Assembly (NCBI GenBank): GCA_030141605.1
Contig: JAQGDQ010001016.1
Location: 1-64,000, forward strand
Length of the DNA stretch: 64,000 bases
Direction: 5' to 3'
From: Tubiluchus corallicola
Lineage: Eukaryota > Animalia > Priapulida
The number at the start of each line of letters is the position of its first letter. The first letter of the stretch is position 1. This document shows, one piece after another, positions 61,471 to 64,000 of this stretch. Under the pieces are notes generated by a model. It saw only the letters and a list, made by a program, of their open reading frames with translations, was not told the origin of the DNA and ran no database searches. The position numbers and the translations under genes are program-made.

Positions 61471-62798
61471 ATTACATAGATAGCCTTGATCAGCCTTAGT
61501 AGTGATTAGGCTTGTCAGTTGGTACATCTCTGTAGTCATAATCAGCTCCCAGAAGCTAAAAACTGATTTCTTGAGAAATTATTGGGAATCCATTCATCCT
61601 CATCACCACTGTCTTCATCTGTCTCTAACAGTGCATCATCAGGTGGCGTGATAGCACATCATGAACATTTGGAAACGATCAAAAGTATTGTACGTTGTAT
61701 ATGCTTAATGCATAGCGTCCTATATTTGGGACAATTGTATTTAGGCTATTGCTCAAAATAGGTATTTTTTATAAAGATGCATTAAATCATTTCCTTTAAT
61801 ATTAAAAAATTATCACGTACACCCTGTAGTGTAATTGTTGCAATAAAAGTTTGAATATGATACTTAAATAAATAAATTCTCATTTTTTTTGTTCTGATAT
61901 TTTGCTCAATATACAATACAAAAAGATAAGTATGCTCTCTGCATAGTATTTTATGCTCAATTAACAATATTAATTGTTGTTTATTTGTAATTAATTTAAT
62001 CAAATGTAGAATGTGCAGACTTGCAATTTTTATCTATGAAAACAATCAGGACTGTTGTTCCTAGTGACAAGACAACATACAGTAAAAAACTCAAAATGTA
62101 CCAGCTCTGATACCATAAAAACAAACTTGTTATGAATAAATAAATAAAATGAAATAATAATAATGAAATAAATAATAATAAAAAAATAATAATAATAAAT
62201 AAATAATAACATTAACTTCCTGCATAAATGAAATCCAAAAAAGCTAAAAAATTTCAGTGATAATGTCAACCTTGAAAAGCAAAAATTAATCTACAGAACA
62301 TCAACAATAACCATAAAAACTCTAATATATAAACCTATTTCCCAATTGCTGTCCTATTTTACTGACTTCTAGTATGAATTACGTGAACTAACAAATGCCA
62401 GGATTATAACAAAAGAATCCATTTAACAGCAAAACTTTTTACATAAAATCTAAAAAAATCTATAAAATCTATATATATATAAAATTTTTCTAAAATAAAA
62501 AAAAATTACAAAAATCATCATGATCTCACAAAGGTTAAAATCGCAAACAAAATAAAGACAATTTAGGTCTAAGATAAAACTTTTTTTCAAAAAAGTCAAA
62601 TATTCACTTTATTTTGACGTAGCTTTCTATTATAAAAACCATAAGACAAGTAATAGAATACAGTAATTCCTAACTATACAGAAACAGGCTTAAGCACAGC
62701 TTTCATAAATGACGCCTTTTAAAACAAAACATTTGGTAATTTTACCATTTACAGAATTGGCTTGCATTCAACCTTAGCCATTCAAACTTAACATACGA

Positions 62799-63153
62799 CT
62801 AACGATAGACAACACACCTGTAACTACGCTAACGATAGACAACACACCTGTAACTACGCTAACGATAGACAACACACCTGTAACTACGCTAACGATAGAC
62901 AACACACCTGTAACTACGCTAACGATAGACAACACACCTGTAACTACGCTAACGATAGACAACACACCTGTAACTACGCTAACGATAGACAACACACCTG
63001 TAACTACGCTAACGATAGACATCAAACCTGTAACTACGCTAACGATAGACAACACACCTGTAACTACGCTAACGATAGACAACACACCTGTAACTACGCT
63101 AACCATAGGCAACACACCTGTAACTACGCTAACGATAGACAACACACCTGTAA
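62799..63153. repeat. 30-bp minisatellite, ~12 copies
   Basis: Unit CTAACGATAGACAACACACCTGTAACTACG. Confidence 0.95.
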
Positions 63154-63219
63154 TAACCCTGAAACCACCACTACGCCCTCAGGATAACCTAGACGCCGCT
63201 AACACGAAGAAAAAACCTC

Positions 63220-63460
63220 CATCCTATGCTGAAAGTCCACATAATCATTGCAAATACGATCACAATGCAAATAAACCATTGGATTTTGAGGCTTCGCAAA
63301 AGAACTCTTGGAACCCATAAATTAACCTAAAACCTGCTTATATACATAATCCCGATCTGTAGACACAGGTAAAAGAAGCAATAAAAATCAACATCCAACA
63401 TAAGCAAGCTCAACTTGACACTGGAACGTACATCAGCACGACTCACATTAGTGTATAATT
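63220..63460 (+). mobile_element. Possible Penelope-like GIY-YIG C-terminal remnant
   Basis: HCKYDH...LDF and VKEAIKI...QLDTG resemble the 'H..H..F...KEAI.I...N.D.G' end of Penelope endonucleases; in-frame stops present. Confidence 0.3.
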
Positions 63461-63781
63461 CAGCAAAGTCAAACTGTACTATTGCTCAACGAAGCAAAAT
63501 ATCCAAATTCTTCAAAGCAGTTGCCACCCCCGTACTATTTATAACAAATGTTTGTACCCCTAATTTAGACTGAATTTTCTGAAGCAAAACTTCATTTATC
63601 TTATCTAACTTCTTGCCCACCAGTTCACTGCCAGTTATAATAGGTCTACATTTCAAGTGAAATTCAGTCTCCAGAGAACTATACTTCCATTTATGGAACA
63701 TTCCCTTTCTGGATGTATTACTCCAGCAATACTACTGAGGCTATAATGCTTAGGTTTTGCCTGCCAAGTCCTCAGTAGTAG

Positions 63782-64000
63782 TGACCTCTCTGTCTGCTCT
63801 ACATGCTTATCTGAACCTCATTGACCTCTCTGTCTGCTCTACATGCTTATCTGAATCTCATTGACCTCTCTGTCTGCTCTACATGCTTATCTGAACCTCA
63901 TTGACCTCTCTGTCTGCTCTACATGCTTATCTGAACCTCCTTGACCTCTCTGTCTGCTCTACATGCTTATCTGAACCTCCTTGACCTCTCTGTCTGCTGT
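63782..64000. repeat. 40-bp minisatellite, >=5 copies, runs off the window
   Basis: Unit TGACCTCTCTGTCTGCTCTACATGCTTATCTGAACCTCMT. Confidence 0.95.

Noticed and set aside
62799-64000. 30-bp and 40-bp repeats (also the 46-bp repeat at 19834) as CRISPR arrays
   Set aside because: Head-to-tail units with no unique spacers, no cas genes, eukaryotic context.

Overview
AT-rich, intron-containing DNA that looks like an invertebrate animal genome. It is not prokaryotic, and most entries in the ORF track are exon read-throughs or noise. Manual GT-AG and phase reconstruction gives four main components. (1) A minus-strand tandem array of at least three ~1000-aa leucine-rich-repeat surface-protein genes. 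Each gene is a signal exon, three symmetric phase-1 cassette exons (LRRCT of the previous unit + linker + Cys cap + LRRs) and a terminal LRRCT/GPI-like exon. Part of the array is a recent 10,364-bp tandem duplication. (2) Immediately upstream on the same strand, a cluster of atypical Cys-poor S1 (trypsin-fold) serine protease genes with GPI-like tails: one complete, one 5'-half copy with His->Gln that abuts the first LRR gene, and one 3'-half copy next to a BEL/Pao insertion. An orphan LRR terminal pseudo-exon lies beyond them. (3) A complete 6-exon cytosolic-type sulfotransferase gene on the plus strand that lacks the catalytic KxH His and has a degenerate PSB loop. (4) Many TE relics (Gypsy, BEL/Pao, CR1/L2-type LINEs, hAT and MITEs, solo-LTR-like elements), a tRNA-headed tandem repeat, and mini/microsatellites. 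All identities are by-eye estimates; no database searches were run.
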